A stretch of 32,000 nucleotides of DNA, taken from sequence record NC_007409.1; one strand, given 5' to 3'. The position numbers and the translations under genes were made by a program. Source of the DNA: Bicaudavirus pozzuoliense. Shown here in pieces: positions 9,432 through 19,555 of this stretch. The notes beneath the pieces are model-generated. The model did not search any database. It was not told the DNA's origin and saw nothing but the letters and a program-made list of their open reading frames with translations. The number at the start of each line of letters is the position of its first letter. Positions within the stretch are counted from its first letter, which is position 1.

Positions 9432-11393
9432 TTAACTGAGCTTTACTGTGTCATTTCCCTCCTCCTCTTCTTCTTCCTCTTCCTCTGTTGTCTCGTCTGT
9501 TTCTTCTTGTTGCCCCGCGTATTTAGCTATCTGGTTTAACGTATACAGAGTGTCCTTTACCTTGCCTGCCAGCTTATCAATTTCTTCCTTTGTCACTGTA
9601 CTATATAGATCCTTCAATAAGTTTAGTCTCAATTGTTTTTGTTCCAATTGTTTCTTCAATGATGCTATTTTGGTTTTCTTTAGATCTGGATTCTGTAGTT
9701 CTTGTTTCACCTCGTCAATATCAGTACGTATTTCCTTTATCTGCCTGTTAATTTCACGAACTACTGCATCCTTCGGAACTAACAGAACAGTTACCATAAA
9801 TTCTATTTCTTCTGGGCTGATTCCGAGCTTCTGTGCTTCTTGAACCAACTTGTCCAACTCCTTGTACAATTCTTGTTCCTTACCTGGCAGTATGGCCCAG
9901 ATACCGTCGTGCATGAACGGGACTGCGTATTTGTTCACTATCTCACTATACTTCTTCCTGAACTCTGCATATTTCATGTTCTCACGAGGTATTTCTGTAT
10001 GCTCTTCCACGGCCTCTCCTTTGAAAGTTCTCTGTTTCTTCGCATTCTTGTACTCTGATGGAGAACGTCTCGAAAGAATTGGGAGGAAAATATATTTATC
10101 CTTAACCAAACTCGCAAAGAAATCTGCAATATCACCTTTGAAACCGAACGTTTGAATATTATTCTCTAGTGGTTGTTGTCCCTCCTCGCTCTTGTTACTC
10201 TCCTCCTCTGTCAGTATGTTCATTTTCAATGGTGTGTTTTCTTCTTGTTGCCGTTGTTGTGGCGCTTCTGCGTTATTTTCTTCTTGTTGTTGCCGTTGCT
10301 TAGCTTCTGCAGGTGGATTTTGCTGTTGGGGTGAGTTTTCTTGCTTAGCTTCTGCGGGTTGCCCTTCTGCAAGCATCTCATCGACTATAGCAAACGGATT
10401 GAACAGCTGTTCCTGACTTTCCTGTTTGGTCTCTTTCTTCTCTTCCTCTTCTTTTCCTGTTTCCTGTTTAGTCTCTTGTTTCGTCTCTTCTTTTGCTGTT
10501 TCACCTAGAAGAAGATATTTATCTGCCGTCTTAACCATTTCTTCGAAAGTTTTACCAATTACTGGTTTTACTGGAATTACTTTTGGTCCTGGAAGTTGGT
10601 ACACCATCTCATTCTTGAGGAAGTCCTCTGATGTGATTTTGGACTTTATCATTTCATATAGTTGGTGGATGAACTCTGAAGCCTTTATATTAGCTTCTTT
10701 ATTGAGGGGGAGCCTACAATAAGCGGTCTCTTCGCGGGCGTCATAGTAATAAAGTCCACCAGCAGATATGCACTCTTCTTTGGCTTTTGTATAGACTTCT
10801 GGCGGTGCATTCTTCAGGTCCATATAGAATCGCACTACCCCATAACCGTTAAGCGTGTTGAACTCTTTCGGGTTCTCATCTAAGAAAAGAACACTATAAT
10901 GATCGCTATTTTTCGTTTCGTCGACATTAAATAGCAACCCATTTGTTACTTTGTAGCTACCATTAACGCTGGAGTACCACTTGTGGCCGTCAATTGGTTT
11001 TAAACCATAGTCTTCTGGGTGGGCATCAATATCCCCTTCAAAATACAGTTTGAGAACTGCTAACGGGAAATATCCCGGAACTAAAGCACTTTTGAATTCT
11101 AAGTCTTTTATTGGCGCCTCAAAGTCATAATCATCATCGTATAGTCCTGAACGTGTTAAAAGATCCTTTTTTGTCGCTATTCTGTCTCCTTTGAACTCAG
11201 CAGGCTTTGTATTAAATGCGACTGGGTATACTGGTAGTTCCAAATCTTTTGTATCTCCCTTTGATATCTTCTCCTCGAATTCTTTTGTTGCTGGTACGGC
11301 CAATGTTAAGTAAATATACTTAGTGAATTGCTTTTCTCCTATTGGTGTTCCCGCCGGCATTAGCAGGTCATAAACATACTCCCACGGTTGCAT
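9432..11393 (-). CDS. Structural or virion-associated protein, P653-type member of the P653/P387/P362 family
   Basis: Starts MQPWEYVYDLLMPAG and shares LKYFEGDI-like, 'YGLKPIDG', 'PVKPVIGKTF' and 'QEQLFNPF' blocks with the two paralogues at 18.4-20.8 kb. Adds a Q/E-rich, coiled-coil-like C-terminal region. Confidence 0.85.
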   Translation of the reverse strand: MQPWEYVYDLLMPAGTPIGEKQFTKYIYLTLAVPATKEFEEKISKGDTKDLELPVYPVAFNTKPAEFKGDRIATKKDLLTRSGLYDDDYDFEAPIKDLEFKSALVPGYFPLAVLKLYFEGDIDAHPEDYGLKPIDGHKWYSSVNGSYKVTNGLLFNVDETKNSDHYSVLFLDENPKEFNTLNGYGVVRFYMDLKNAPPEVYTKAKEECISAGGLYYYDAREETAYCRLPLNKEANIKASEFIHQLYEMIKSKITSEDFLKNEMVYQLPGPKVIPVKPVIGKTFEEMVKTADKYLLLGETAKEETKQETKQETGKEEEEKKETKQESQEQLFNPFAIVDEMLAEGQPAEAKQENSPQQQNPPAEAKQRQQQEENNAEAPQQRQQEENTPLKMNILTEEESNKSEEGQQPLENNIQTFGFKGDIADFFASLVKDKYIFLPILSRRSPSEYKNAKKQRTFKGEAVEEHTEIPRENMKYAEFRKKYSEIVNKYAVPFMHDGIWAILPGKEQELYKELDKLVQEAQKLGISPEEIEFMVTVLLVPKDAVVREINRQIKEIRTDIDEVKQELQNPDLKKTKIASLKKQLEQKQLRLNLLKDLYSTVTKEEIDKLAGKVKDTLYTLNQIAKYAGQQEETDETTEEEEEEEEEGNDTVKLS

Positions 11394-11440
11394 TGAATAG
11401 TCACAAACTCAATTGAACTACGCTGTTAAAAAGATTGCGG

Positions 11441-11448
11441 ACAGCTGT
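11441..11448. promoter_or_regulatory. ACAGCTGT palindrome in the P653 promoter, followed by TATA-like ctttttaa
   Basis: The minus strand reads ggacagctgtccgcaatctttttaacagcgtagttcaattgagtttgtg. It is conserved at 18349 (P387) and, with one change, at 19668 (362 aa). Confidence 0.65.
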
Positions 11449-11454
11449 CCTATA

Positions 11455-12096
11455 CTAGGCGAGGCTTCCCGCGCCCTGTTCTTGTTGTTGTTTTGTTTTT
11501 TTCGCCAAATACAGAAAAGGATGTAAAACTTCTGGGGACGGTTCCAGAATTCTTCCATCCGCAGTCATCAACTTGAAATCGTTTGTGAGCTTGAACCCTA
11601 GTTTTCTAACTATGAAATCTAAATATACCTTATTAAGATATAGAAGTCTGGCTACTTGTTTCGGGTTCTTACTATATTCTATCATCGTTGCAATGCATGC
11701 GTTTACCAAATCCTGGGGCAATATCCCGGTTATTTCAAAGATTTTTCTCTCGTAAACTGAAGGCCTTTCTATATCTCGGAATAGTGGCTGGTCTAGGCCG
11801 ATCTTGAAACGCCTAGTATAAAGCACTATTATATCCACTAGATGCCTGGGGACGATCATATACAATGGGGAATCGTTATATATTGCGTAAGGTCTTGGGT
11901 AGAAACGTAAGTTTTTGGCGTCAAATTGGCTGAGGGAAAGAGTGGTAACGTTTCTCCTCAAGCCGAGCCCGAAGTAGAGGAACATATAAAGGTACGTTTC
12001 GACACTCTTCTGGCTTGCGTATTTTAGTGATAGGAGTGAGAGTACTTTTTGCGCAAACTTGATGTACATCGTTATGTAGACTCGTTTCTCGTCCAT
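11455..12096 (-). CDS. Hypothetical protein, 213 aa, with possible degenerate tyrosine-recombinase-like architecture
   Basis: Intact ORF. The C-terminal segment 'ILPQDLVNACIATMIEYSKNPKQVARLLYLNKVYLDFIV' resembles the late catalytic-domain region of tyrosine recombinases but lacks clear catalytic residues. Confidence 0.6.
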   Translation of the reverse strand: MDEKRVYITMYIKFAQKVLSLLSLKYASQKSVETYLYMFLYFGLGLRRNVTTLSLSQFDAKNLRFYPRPYAIYNDSPLYMIVPRHLVDIIVLYTRRFKIGLDQPLFRDIERPSVYERKIFEITGILPQDLVNACIATMIEYSKNPKQVARLLYLNKVYLDFIVRKLGFKLTNDFKLMTADGRILEPSPEVLHPFLYLAKKTKQQQEQGAGSLA

Positions 12097-12203
12097 ACTA
12101 ATTGCTCAGCTGGGTTTGTTAATAAAAGAAGAGATGAGAGGGGAGGAAAGAAGAATAAATGAAATTCTAAAAAATTTATCTTTGCTTTTAAGGCTCTTTA
12201 TGT

Positions 12204-12671
12204 TTATGAGCCTGTTCCACCGCTGGAGAAACTGGTTCTTAGTAATACTATTATTACTGATACTATTGCTATTATTATCAAGATGGTGATTAAACCGATG
12301 GAACTGCTGAACAAACCACCTAAGGATTGCATTCCGTGGATAACACTTGTAGTTGCATTATATAGCGGGTTGTTCTGGGATACTGTAGGTGTGTATGCGC
12401 CTAAAGTTGTGAAGAGATCTGCTACGATGAAACCGCCTACTGCTAATAGTACTACTATGAATATTACACTTATTGCTAGGTTTTCCATCGTCTTGCTGTC
12501 AAACCCACCAGCTCTCACTAGAAGGTTCTTCTTGCTAAATTTTGCCCTCCTATAACCTAATAGCATAATATTTACTATGTACCTCCATAATATTAGCATC
12601 ATTGATATAAATACTAGATAGTATAATGGCCTATTTGTTTCTGCCTCTGCTTTAATGGATTGGGCCTTCAT
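12204..12671 (-). CDS. Small membrane protein, 3 predicted TM segments
   Basis: 155 aa; [63 protein letters not shown]. Strong promoter-like sequence upstream, shared with the coat gene. Confidence 0.8.
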
Positions 12672-12693
12672 TTTCCTCAGAAGGAAAGGAGAA

Positions 12694-12712
12694 CAAGCGC
12701 TTAAAAAGATTT
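12694..12712 (-). promoter_or_regulatory. Core promoter of the 155-aa membrane protein gene
   Basis: aaatctttttaagcgcttg on the minus strand, ~23 nt upstream of the start. The same 19-mer lies upstream of the P131 gene. Confidence 0.7.
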
Positions 12713-12856
12713 CAAGGAGACGGCGAAGCTTAATGAACCAAAAAACACAGCTGTCTTTTCGTCAATAGTTCATCTTCTTCAACATGTACCCCAGCATAAT
12801 AGAGAATGCTAACAATGGGATCAAACTGTACATCTGGAAAACGAACGTCAATACTG

Positions 12857-15007
12857 TCAGGATATCGCGAATATGAAAACACCAATCCAGATTTTAGTGC
12901 CATATGCCATGCTCACGATTGCTACAGCTCCAATTATATAATACGAGATAACGGTTAGTTCAGATTCAGGATCTACTATGATGTTACCGGGGTAATTCGG
13001 GATTGGCAAGGAAACTGCCGGGGTAGTAGTGTTGACTGGTATCGTTTTCATGAATATGCTCTGCGTTTGCGTTTGCCCTACCGTGATTGTAATGCTTCTT
13101 GAAGCTTGGTCAATAGCCACCAGAAGTGGCATGTCTGAGGGCAAGTTGACTGGGAAATTATTCGTAGTGACGACCAGGTTCTGCTGAACGTTAGTATAAA
13201 CTAAGGTTATGCTATAGCCTTGGAAACCGACTAAAACTAGGTTCGGTGCGGACGTGTTTTGCACAATTGTAGAGTAAACGTTTCCATTTGAGCCCACAAT
13301 TTCTAGTCCAGGCTGGGATACTACTGAAAGGATTACAGAATTAATCGGTGTTGGTTGCCCAACGTTCATAGCGGCAATCCCACTCAATTCATAATATGTT
13401 CCCGTACTGAGCGTTTCCGCGACTGATTGAATGACGAGCGGTATAGTGCCATTATAATTCACATACGCAATCGTGGGCTGAATTGCATAAGAGGACTGTT
13501 GGATAAACGGGAATACTCTACTTGTAGTCACTATTTCCCCGAAAACGTAGTAGGTATTTCCGACAGCGAATTCGCCAACTGCTACGACCATTGGAAACGT
13601 TACGTTCCCTAATGCTGGGCCTTTAGTACCGGCAATATAGGAGTATGCTTCTCCGTTCTGGATCAAAACTCCATAAGTGTGCAGAAGGTCTGTAAAGCCT
13701 ATCAATGCACTATATTGCTGGTTGATGCCAAATGCGTTAGTCGATATATGTATCCCAGTAACGCCAACTCCATAGAATTTCACGACAACTAAGGGTACCG
13801 GAAGACCACTATAAATGGAAGAGCCCGTAACTGTGAAAGAATAAGAAGTGCCGTTGGAATAGGTAACTGTTACTATTGAGTTTACTGGCGCAATCAGTTC
13901 GTCGTCGCTACTGTTGAACACGGAATTCAATATTACTGCATACGTTGACTTATCGAGCTGGTAATGCCCAGTTATAGGGACTTTGCAACCATTTAACAGC
14001 TGTATACTCCCATTCACTATCCATTCAGGGCACCATACAAATGACGGGTTGATTGAATACGAATCGATTCCTGTACCCACTAATTGCCCTGCGATAAACG
14101 TAGAATTGGTTGTATAAGACGTAGCCGGCAGAGTAGCACCAGGCAGAAGGACTTGTGAGTTTTTTGCTGATGAGTAGAAAATTAATCCATTCGTGGAAAC
14201 TGTCGTTATGAATGGCAAAGATTGTTGCATTGAGCCCACATATTTCAGAGAGTTGTAATAATAATAATAGTGAGTAGAGTTAGCAGTAAGATATTGCGAA
14301 GTATAAGACTCGGCTATTATGTAGGGCGTATTATACTGCGCTATTGCTGGATATGGTACTTGATAGCTACCAGTGTAAGTTAACACGTGAACAATTATCA
14401 AAGAGCCAGGCGGAATTGGCGAAGTATATACTATCTGTGTAGGGGATACGCTTTGGGGTGACAGGATTTGATAGAGCCATAACGCAGAAGTGTAACGGGG
14501 GGCAGTGTAGTTTTCTGTTAATATAGAATTTTTGCCATTCAGTGTTAGGACACCGCCTGACACTACACCGTTACTTATGTTCCACATTGAGCTATTGTAT
14601 ATGTAAAATTGAGTGTAAAGGGAAAACACATCAGTCGAAACCAACTGAGAAGTGACAGATTGCCCGTACACAAAATAGTAAGTTTCAGTAGTCGGTTGTG
14701 GTTCGTACCAGACAACAAAGGCTGGATTTGTGCTAAAAAGATAAGAGTACAGCAATGTACCATACTGGTTTATCATGTAATAATTGTAGAAACCTGATGG
14801 AATATTCAATGGCGCAGTGTAAATGACACCGCCAGATACATTATAATTATAAATGATCTGAATTGGCACTTGGTTTTGACTGCTCACTGTAGAATTGGTT
14901 GGGTGGAGAAAAGTCAATGGCAAAATCAGGATTACGATAGAAAATATTGTCTTCAAAAGTAGGCGTTTTTTCTTCCTGTCTAGCTTCATATGTGAAAAAT
15001 AACGCAT
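12857..15007 (-). CDS. Large secreted/membrane-anchored surface protein (matches ATV P710 when started at the internal ATG, 14989)
   Basis: N-terminal signal-like helix KTIFSIVILILPLTFLHP, an N/S/T/Y-rich beta-like body and a C-terminal TM (VISYYIIGAVAIVSMAYGTKIWIGVFIF). MKLDRKK start gives exactly 710 aa. Confidence 0.85.
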   Translation of the reverse strand: MRYFSHMKLDRKKKRLLLKTIFSIVILILPLTFLHPTNSTVSSQNQVPIQIIYNYNVSGGVIYTAPLNIPSGFYNYYMINQYGTLLYSYLFSTNPAFVVWYEPQPTTETYYFVYGQSVTSQLVSTDVFSLYTQFYIYNSSMWNISNGVVSGGVLTLNGKNSILTENYTAPRYTSALWLYQILSPQSVSPTQIVYTSPIPPGSLIIVHVLTYTGSYQVPYPAIAQYNTPYIIAESYTSQYLTANSTHYYYYYNSLKYVGSMQQSLPFITTVSTNGLIFYSSAKNSQVLLPGATLPATSYTTNSTFIAGQLVGTGIDSYSINPSFVWCPEWIVNGSIQLLNGCKVPITGHYQLDKSTYAVILNSVFNSSDDELIAPVNSIVTVTYSNGTSYSFTVTGSSIYSGLPVPLVVVKFYGVGVTGIHISTNAFGINQQYSALIGFTDLLHTYGVLIQNGEAYSYIAGTKGPALGNVTFPMVVAVGEFAVGNTYYVFGEIVTTSRVFPFIQQSSYAIQPTIAYVNYNGTIPLVIQSVAETLSTGTYYELSGIAAMNVGQPTPINSVILSVVSQPGLEIVGSNGNVYSTIVQNTSAPNLVLVGFQGYSITLVYTNVQQNLVVTTNNFPVNLPSDMPLLVAIDQASRSITITVGQTQTQSIFMKTIPVNTTTPAVSLPIPNYPGNIIVDPESELTVISYYIIGAVAIVSMAYGTKIWIGVFIFAIS

Positions 15008-15033
15008 GAGCTTTTAAAAAACACAGCTGTGCT

Positions 15034-17712
15034 TTAATGAACAAGCCTCTTCAGCACTATGTTTCCAAAATTGTTCGACCCAACTGCGTAAACTTCATCA
15101 CAGATTTCTTTGAGCGTCTTGAGTCCTCTCTCACCTAGGTCGATACCATAACACAATAGCTCTACTTTGTTCTTTTTCTTTAACGAATTGATTTCCCTTG
15201 CTATATCGTCTGGAATTTCATCCTCACCGTCAGTCAGTAAAATGAGTGTCCTAGTTTTCCTGAGACTTTCCCTTAATTTCCTGTCATAATCGCTGTCAGG
15301 CTTATCTATGTTCTTGAGAGCATAAAGAACGGCACTGCCTATGTTAGTCCCGCCGAACTTCATGCTTCCCAACACGTTTGCAATATTCTTTATATTATAT
15401 ATAGGAGATGGTTCGTCAGAGAACGTTTCGACGAGAATGTTCCTTTTCCCCTTGTATTTCTTATACGTAACCAGTGGGATTGCGAGCGCTGTAGCAATCT
15501 TATTACCTTCCATCGAGCCAGACGAATCTATTACGAATAAGAAATCTCCTTGCTTTTTCTCCTCACTCTTGTGAATTGACAATGCTCCGTTCAAATAGTC
15601 TAACAGGAACATTTTTTGTTGTATTGGATTAGACAACTTCGCGTACTCCTTAATGAATAACCTAGATAGATCGTCGCCCATAGTTGAGCTTGGGCCTTTC
15701 CCAGAGCCATGCCTCGACTCCACTTCAGACTCGCCTTTATTTCTAACGAAATCCAGTAAGCCCTTATATTTCGTCGCTATATTGCCCAGAAGACGTCTGA
15801 GACTATATTGAGTTACCAATTCCTGCAAAATCTTGTTCTGCTCTCCCTCGCTAACGTTCAAATCTTTCAATAATTTTTGCACGTTATTTGCCGTATCGTA
15901 TAAATTCTCTATCTCCTTCTCTTTTCTGTGCTCCGAAACGTTCTGATCGTCGAACGTTCTTTCGTCAATTGCATTAGAATAAAAGTCATAATTGCGTAGT
16001 TGTTGGACAGTGTCTCTCAACTGCGACAAAGTCTGCAAGATTGAGTTTATTTCTTGTGGCGATGAAAGAAGATCTTCATCACCATGCGCATAGCCACGGC
16101 CTCCTTCTTCAAGGCTTAATTCGCCTTGTTGTGATCCGAGTTGTTCACTACCAGCACTTTCACTGCTACTCCCAGTCTGCTCCCCAGCAATACTTTCGGC
16201 TCCCTCACTCTCACTGCCTTCGCCTGATTCACCAGCGTTCTGCTCTTCACTAGCTTCAGACCCTTCACTTCTCTGTCCGCTACCAGTACTACTACTCACT
16301 CCCTGTTCAGACGGCTGTCCTACTTCACCTTCCGCCGCAGTCCCCTCCGCTTCACTACCTTGTCCACCCTCTTCAGTTTCTGCACCTCCCTCACCACCTT
16401 CCTGTGTTTCTTCTGGCGATTGTCCTTCTTCACTTTCTGATTCAGCACCTCCGCCACTTTCAGTGGCCTCTCTCTTTTTACCTTTCTGTTTGCCAGTAGT
16501 TTCACTTTCTTGTCCCTGCTCTCCTTCTTCACCAAATCCTTGTTCGCTACCAGTCTCTCCCCCACTTTCTTGTCCTGCCTCTTCTTCACCTGAAGACAGC
16601 TGTGTTTCTTCTGGTGCGCTTCCTGGCTCTTCACCAGCTTCAGATTCCTGCCCGCGACTACTCCTCTTCTTCTGTTTTCCTACTCCTTCTTGTTGGTTCC
16701 CTTCTTCACCGGACTCTTCTTGTTCGGCCCCTTCTTCTCCTTCGCTACCACTCTGCTGTTGGCCCTCCTCTCCTTGCTGTCCACTCTTGCCTTTGCTCCC
16801 AGTCTGTTCCTCAGAAGCACTTTCACTTTCGGTTATCTCTCCCTCGCTCTCACCCGATTCACCACCGTTCTGCGCTTCACCACTTGATTCCTGTCCATTA
16901 CCAGTCTCTTCTCCCTCTTCTTGTTCTGACTCCGCTTCACCTCTTCTTCCGCCCTCTTCAGTTTCTGCTCCTTCTCCCTCACCACCTTTTCCCTCTTCCT
17001 GTTGGTTCCCTTCTCCGCTTGAGGACAGCTGTGTTTCTTCTGATGATTGTCCTTCTTCACTTTCTGACTCTCCGCTTTCTTCAGATTGCTTCCCTTCTGA
17101 TTCTGAGACCTCCTCTTCTTGTTCTTCTCTCTGCTTGCTTCTACTTCCCTTTACGCCTTCTTGTTCTTCACCGGACTCTTCTTGTTGGTTCCCTTCTTCC
17201 CCACTTTCTTGTTCGGCCCCACTAGCTTCTTCAGTTTTGCCTGGGGTCTTCTGTTGTTGCTTTTCTTCGTTTCCTCTTTTTCCTTGATTTTCAGCACTCC
17301 TACTAACACGCTGGTTTGCCACCTCACTAGTTTTTGTTTTCTGTGGTTGTTGCTTGGCACGTTGGGGTCTTCTCTGGAGTTGTTCCTCAATCCGCTGGGC
17401 TTCCTTTTGCACCGCTTTCGCTAAAACGTCCCTTATGCTTTGGTTAGGGTTGCTCATTATTTCATTAATTATTTGTCTTTTCAGGTCTTCCACAACGTTC
17501 TCAGGTAGTTTCTCCAAGAATGGGTAGAAGAGCTTGTAATAGTATTCTAAAGTAAATTTGGCGAAGTTTTGATAGTACCTGAAAAGCTTACTATATTTTC
17601 TAAGAATAGGGTCTATAAATTCGATGAACTTTCTCGCTTTATCTGAAATTTGCCTTTTGTCTTCAGCATAATACTGGTACGCCTCATCAACAACGTCTTG
17701 GTCCACGCTCAT
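15034..17712 (-). CDS. von Willebrand factor A domain protein with long E/S/G/Q-rich central region (matches ATV P892)
   Basis: C-terminal VWA with MIDAS elements: FLFVIDSSGSM, GGTNIG, LLTDGEDE. The ORF is exactly 892 aa. Confidence 0.92.
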   Translation of the reverse strand: MSVDQDVVDEAYQYYAEDKRQISDKARKFIEFIDPILRKYSKLFRYYQNFAKFTLEYYYKLFYPFLEKLPENVVEDLKRQIINEIMSNPNQSIRDVLAKAVQKEAQRIEEQLQRRPQRAKQQPQKTKTSEVANQRVSRSAENQGKRGNEEKQQQKTPGKTEEASGAEQESGEEGNQQEESGEEQEGVKGSRSKQREEQEEEVSESEGKQSEESGESESEEGQSSEETQLSSSGEGNQQEEGKGGEGEGAETEEGGRRGEAESEQEEGEETGNGQESSGEAQNGGESGESEGEITESESASEEQTGSKGKSGQQGEEGQQQSGSEGEEGAEQEESGEEGNQQEGVGKQKKRSSRGQESEAGEEPGSAPEETQLSSGEEEAGQESGGETGSEQGFGEEGEQGQESETTGKQKGKKREATESGGGAESESEEGQSPEETQEGGEGGAETEEGGQGSEAEGTAAEGEVGQPSEQGVSSSTGSGQRSEGSEASEEQNAGESGEGSESEGAESIAGEQTGSSSESAGSEQLGSQQGELSLEEGGRGYAHGDEDLLSSPQEINSILQTLSQLRDTVQQLRNYDFYSNAIDERTFDDQNVSEHRKEKEIENLYDTANNVQKLLKDLNVSEGEQNKILQELVTQYSLRRLLGNIATKYKGLLDFVRNKGESEVESRHGSGKGPSSTMGDDLSRLFIKEYAKLSNPIQQKMFLLDYLNGALSIHKSEEKKQGDFLFVIDSSGSMEGNKIATALAIPLVTYKKYKGKRNILVETFSDEPSPIYNIKNIANVLGSMKFGGTNIGSAVLYALKNIDKPDSDYDRKLRESLRKTRTLILLTDGEDEIPDDIAREINSLKKKNKVELLCYGIDLGERGLKTLKEICDEVYAVGSNNFGNIVLKRLVH
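16090..17400 (-). repeat. Low-complexity coding segment (E/G/S/Q-rich) within the VWA protein
   Basis: Degenerate repeats such as EESGEEGNQQE, TQLSSGEE/TQLSSSGEG and ESEEGQSPEETQ. Strong purine/pyrimidine strand asymmetry. Confidence 0.9.
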
Positions 17713-17849
17713 TGCTTTTCCAATTACCTTTTAAGTTAAAAACTAAAATGGAACACATAAGACAAGAAGAAGAAGAGAAAACAAATAATAAGGAAATTAA
17801 AAATGGGGTTCACTTTTTCTTTCTTCCTTCCTTCCTTTCTTTTTTATCT

Positions 17850-18245
17850 TTAAGAAGCCATCGCTTGCGCTAATTTCTTTGCCCCTTTGCTGAGTACCTC
17901 TTCTCTTTCAATATTCCTGACTTGGGTTGCTGGTGACGCGAGAAATGCTTTTGCTTGTTGATATTCTGGATTTGATGTGACTTGAGCTATCACCTCACCT
18001 GGAATTGGTTGACTCTGGAAACCGCTTCCTTTATTTCTATATGGTTTCATTGCATCAGATATCATTTTTACTATTGCGTGGATTGCCTCTTTTGTTCTTT
18101 CGTCTCCAGCTCTTCTTGCATTAGCTTCTTCTCCTGCTAACTTTAGTGTGACTTCTGGGTAGCCTAGTTGTCCATTTTCAAACATATCTAAGATCTTTAC
18201 TGCTCCTCCTGCATAATCACCTTTTTTTGGCTCGTATTTTGCCAT
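17850..18245 (-). CDS. Major coat protein (matches ATV P131)
   Basis: Exactly 131 aa, helical, MAKYEPKKGDYAGG...; position and size match the recalled ATV coat protein with a published structure. Confidence 0.75.
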   Translation of the reverse strand: MAKYEPKKGDYAGGAVKILDMFENGQLGYPEVTLKLAGEEANARRAGDERTKEAIHAIVKMISDAMKPYRNKGSGFQSQPIPGEVIAQVTSNPEYQQAKAFLASPATQVRNIEREEVLSKGAKKLAQAMAS

Positions 18246-18269
18246 TGCTCTTCAAGAATGAGCAAACCG

Positions 18270-18288
18270 CAAGCGCTTAAAAAGATTT
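18270..18288 (-). promoter_or_regulatory. Core promoter of the P131 coat gene
   Basis: Same 19-mer, aaatctttttaagcgcttg on the minus strand, ~25 nt upstream of the ATG. Confidence 0.75.
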
Positions 18289-18348
18289 AAGGCGTGTTTT
18301 ATAACAAAACTGGGGGTTAAGGGGAGCAGAATGCCTCACAAGGATAGG

Positions 18349-18395
18349 ACAGCTGTTTATCAATCTTTTTAACAGCATAGTTCAGTTAAGTTTGG
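18349..18395 (+). promoter_or_regulatory. Promoter/leader of the P387-type gene
   Basis: acagctgtttatcaatctttttaacagcatagttcagttaagtttg; near-identical to 19668-19714 and to the minus-strand P653 leader. Confidence 0.7.
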
Positions 18396-19555
18396 TGGCT
18401 CAGGAAATGGCTCAGGAAAAAAATCTACAACCGTGGGAGTATGTCTATGACTTACTAATGCCAGCGAAAATACCACCAAGAAAACGCACTAAGTATATTT
18501 ACTTAGCATTGGCAGTTCCACCAACCATGGAATTCAATAAGAAGATCTCAAAGGGAGATACAGAAGATCTGGAACTACCAGTATACCCAGTCGCATTTAA
18601 TACAAGGCCTGGCAATAACAAAGCGGATAGAATAGCAACCAGAAAAGATCTTTTAACACGTTTGGGAACGTATCCTACTGTAGGACTATACGCTAATGAT
18701 TATGACTTTACGATGTTAATAAAAAACTTAGATTTCAAAAGTGAGTTTGTTCCAGGATATTTTCCACTGGCAGTTCTTGAACTGCATTTTGAAAGGGATA
18801 TTACTGCTAACCCAGAAGACTATGGCTTGAAACCAATTGACGGCCGCGAATGGGTGTTCGACCCTGATGGTAGCTACAAAGTAACAAGTGGGTCGCTATT
18901 TAATATAGCCAAAGCGGAAATTGTTGATCCTAATTCTGTTACCATTAACTTAGATAAGAACTCGAAAGAGTTCAATGCGCTTAACGGTTATGGGGTAGTG
19001 CAATTCTACATAGACCTGAATAACGCACCGTGGGAAGCCTATGCAAAAGCCGCAGAAGAATGCGAATCCGTGGGTGGAATTTATCGCCATGACACTAACG
19101 AAGGGCCTAGTTATTGTACGCTCCCCCTCAACAAAGAGGCCAATATAAAGGCTTCAGAGTTCATCCTCCAACTATATGACATGATAAAATCCAAAATCGC
19201 ATCAGAGGACTTCCTCAAGCGTGAGATGACGTTCCTGGCCCCAGGGCCAAAGCAAATTGAGGACTTCCTCAAGAATGAGATGATGTATCAACCCCCAGGG
19301 CCAAAGCGAATTCCAGTAAAACCAGTAATTGGCAAAACTTTCCAAGAAATGGTTAAGGTAGCGGAACAGGAAATGGCCAAGGTAGCGGAAAAAAGAGATC
19401 TTATTCTGGGAGGGGAGGAGAAAGAGCCGAAACAGAAAAGCCAGGAAAAGCTGTTCAATCCGTTTGCTATAGACTATGAGATGCTTACAGAGGAGCAACA
19501 ACAACAAAATGAGACAGAGGAAGAGGAGAAGAACAACACAGTAAAGCTCAGTTAA
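18392..19555 (+). CDS. Virion-associated protein, P387-type paralogue
   Basis: TTG start (MVAQEMAQEKNLQPWEYVYDLLMPAK...) at exactly 387 aa. Extensive similarity to the 653- and 362-aa ORFs. Confidence 0.85.
   Translation: MVAQEMAQEKNLQPWEYVYDLLMPAKIPPRKRTKYIYLALAVPPTMEFNKKISKGDTEDLELPVYPVAFNTRPGNNKADRIATRKDLLTRLGTYPTVGLYANDYDFTMLIKNLDFKSEFVPGYFPLAVLELHFERDITANPEDYGLKPIDGREWVFDPDGSYKVTSGSLFNIAKAEIVDPNSVTINLDKNSKEFNALNGYGVVQFYIDLNNAPWEAYAKAAEECESVGGIYRHDTNEGPSYCTLPLNKEANIKASEFILQLYDMIKSKIASEDFLKREMTFLAPGPKQIEDFLKNEMMYQPPGPKRIPVKPVIGKTFQEMVKVAEQEMAKVAEKRDLILGGEEKEPKQKSQEKLFNPFAIDYEMLTEEQQQQNETEEEEKNNTVKLS
19205..19312 (+). repeat. 54-bp (18-aa) in-frame tandem duplication in the P387-type gene
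   Basis: 'gaggacttcctcaag.(n)..gagatga...ccagggccaaagc.aatt' begins at 19205 and again at 19259. It encodes EDFLKREMTFLAPGPKQI / EDFLKNEMMYQPPGPKRI. Confidence 0.85.

Noticed and set aside
9448-9843. 131-aa plus-strand ORF rich in serine
   Set aside because: Antisense to the glutamate-rich C-terminus of P653. It happens to be 131 aa, but the true coat candidate is 17850..18245 (-).
16463-17287. 274-aa plus-strand ORF (and 16602..17225, 16690..16887) antisense to the VWA gene
   Set aside because: Arises from the extreme purine/pyrimidine asymmetry of the E/G/S/Q-rich coding tract. The translations are low-complexity S/P/C/L strings, while the minus-strand gene has a real VWA domain.
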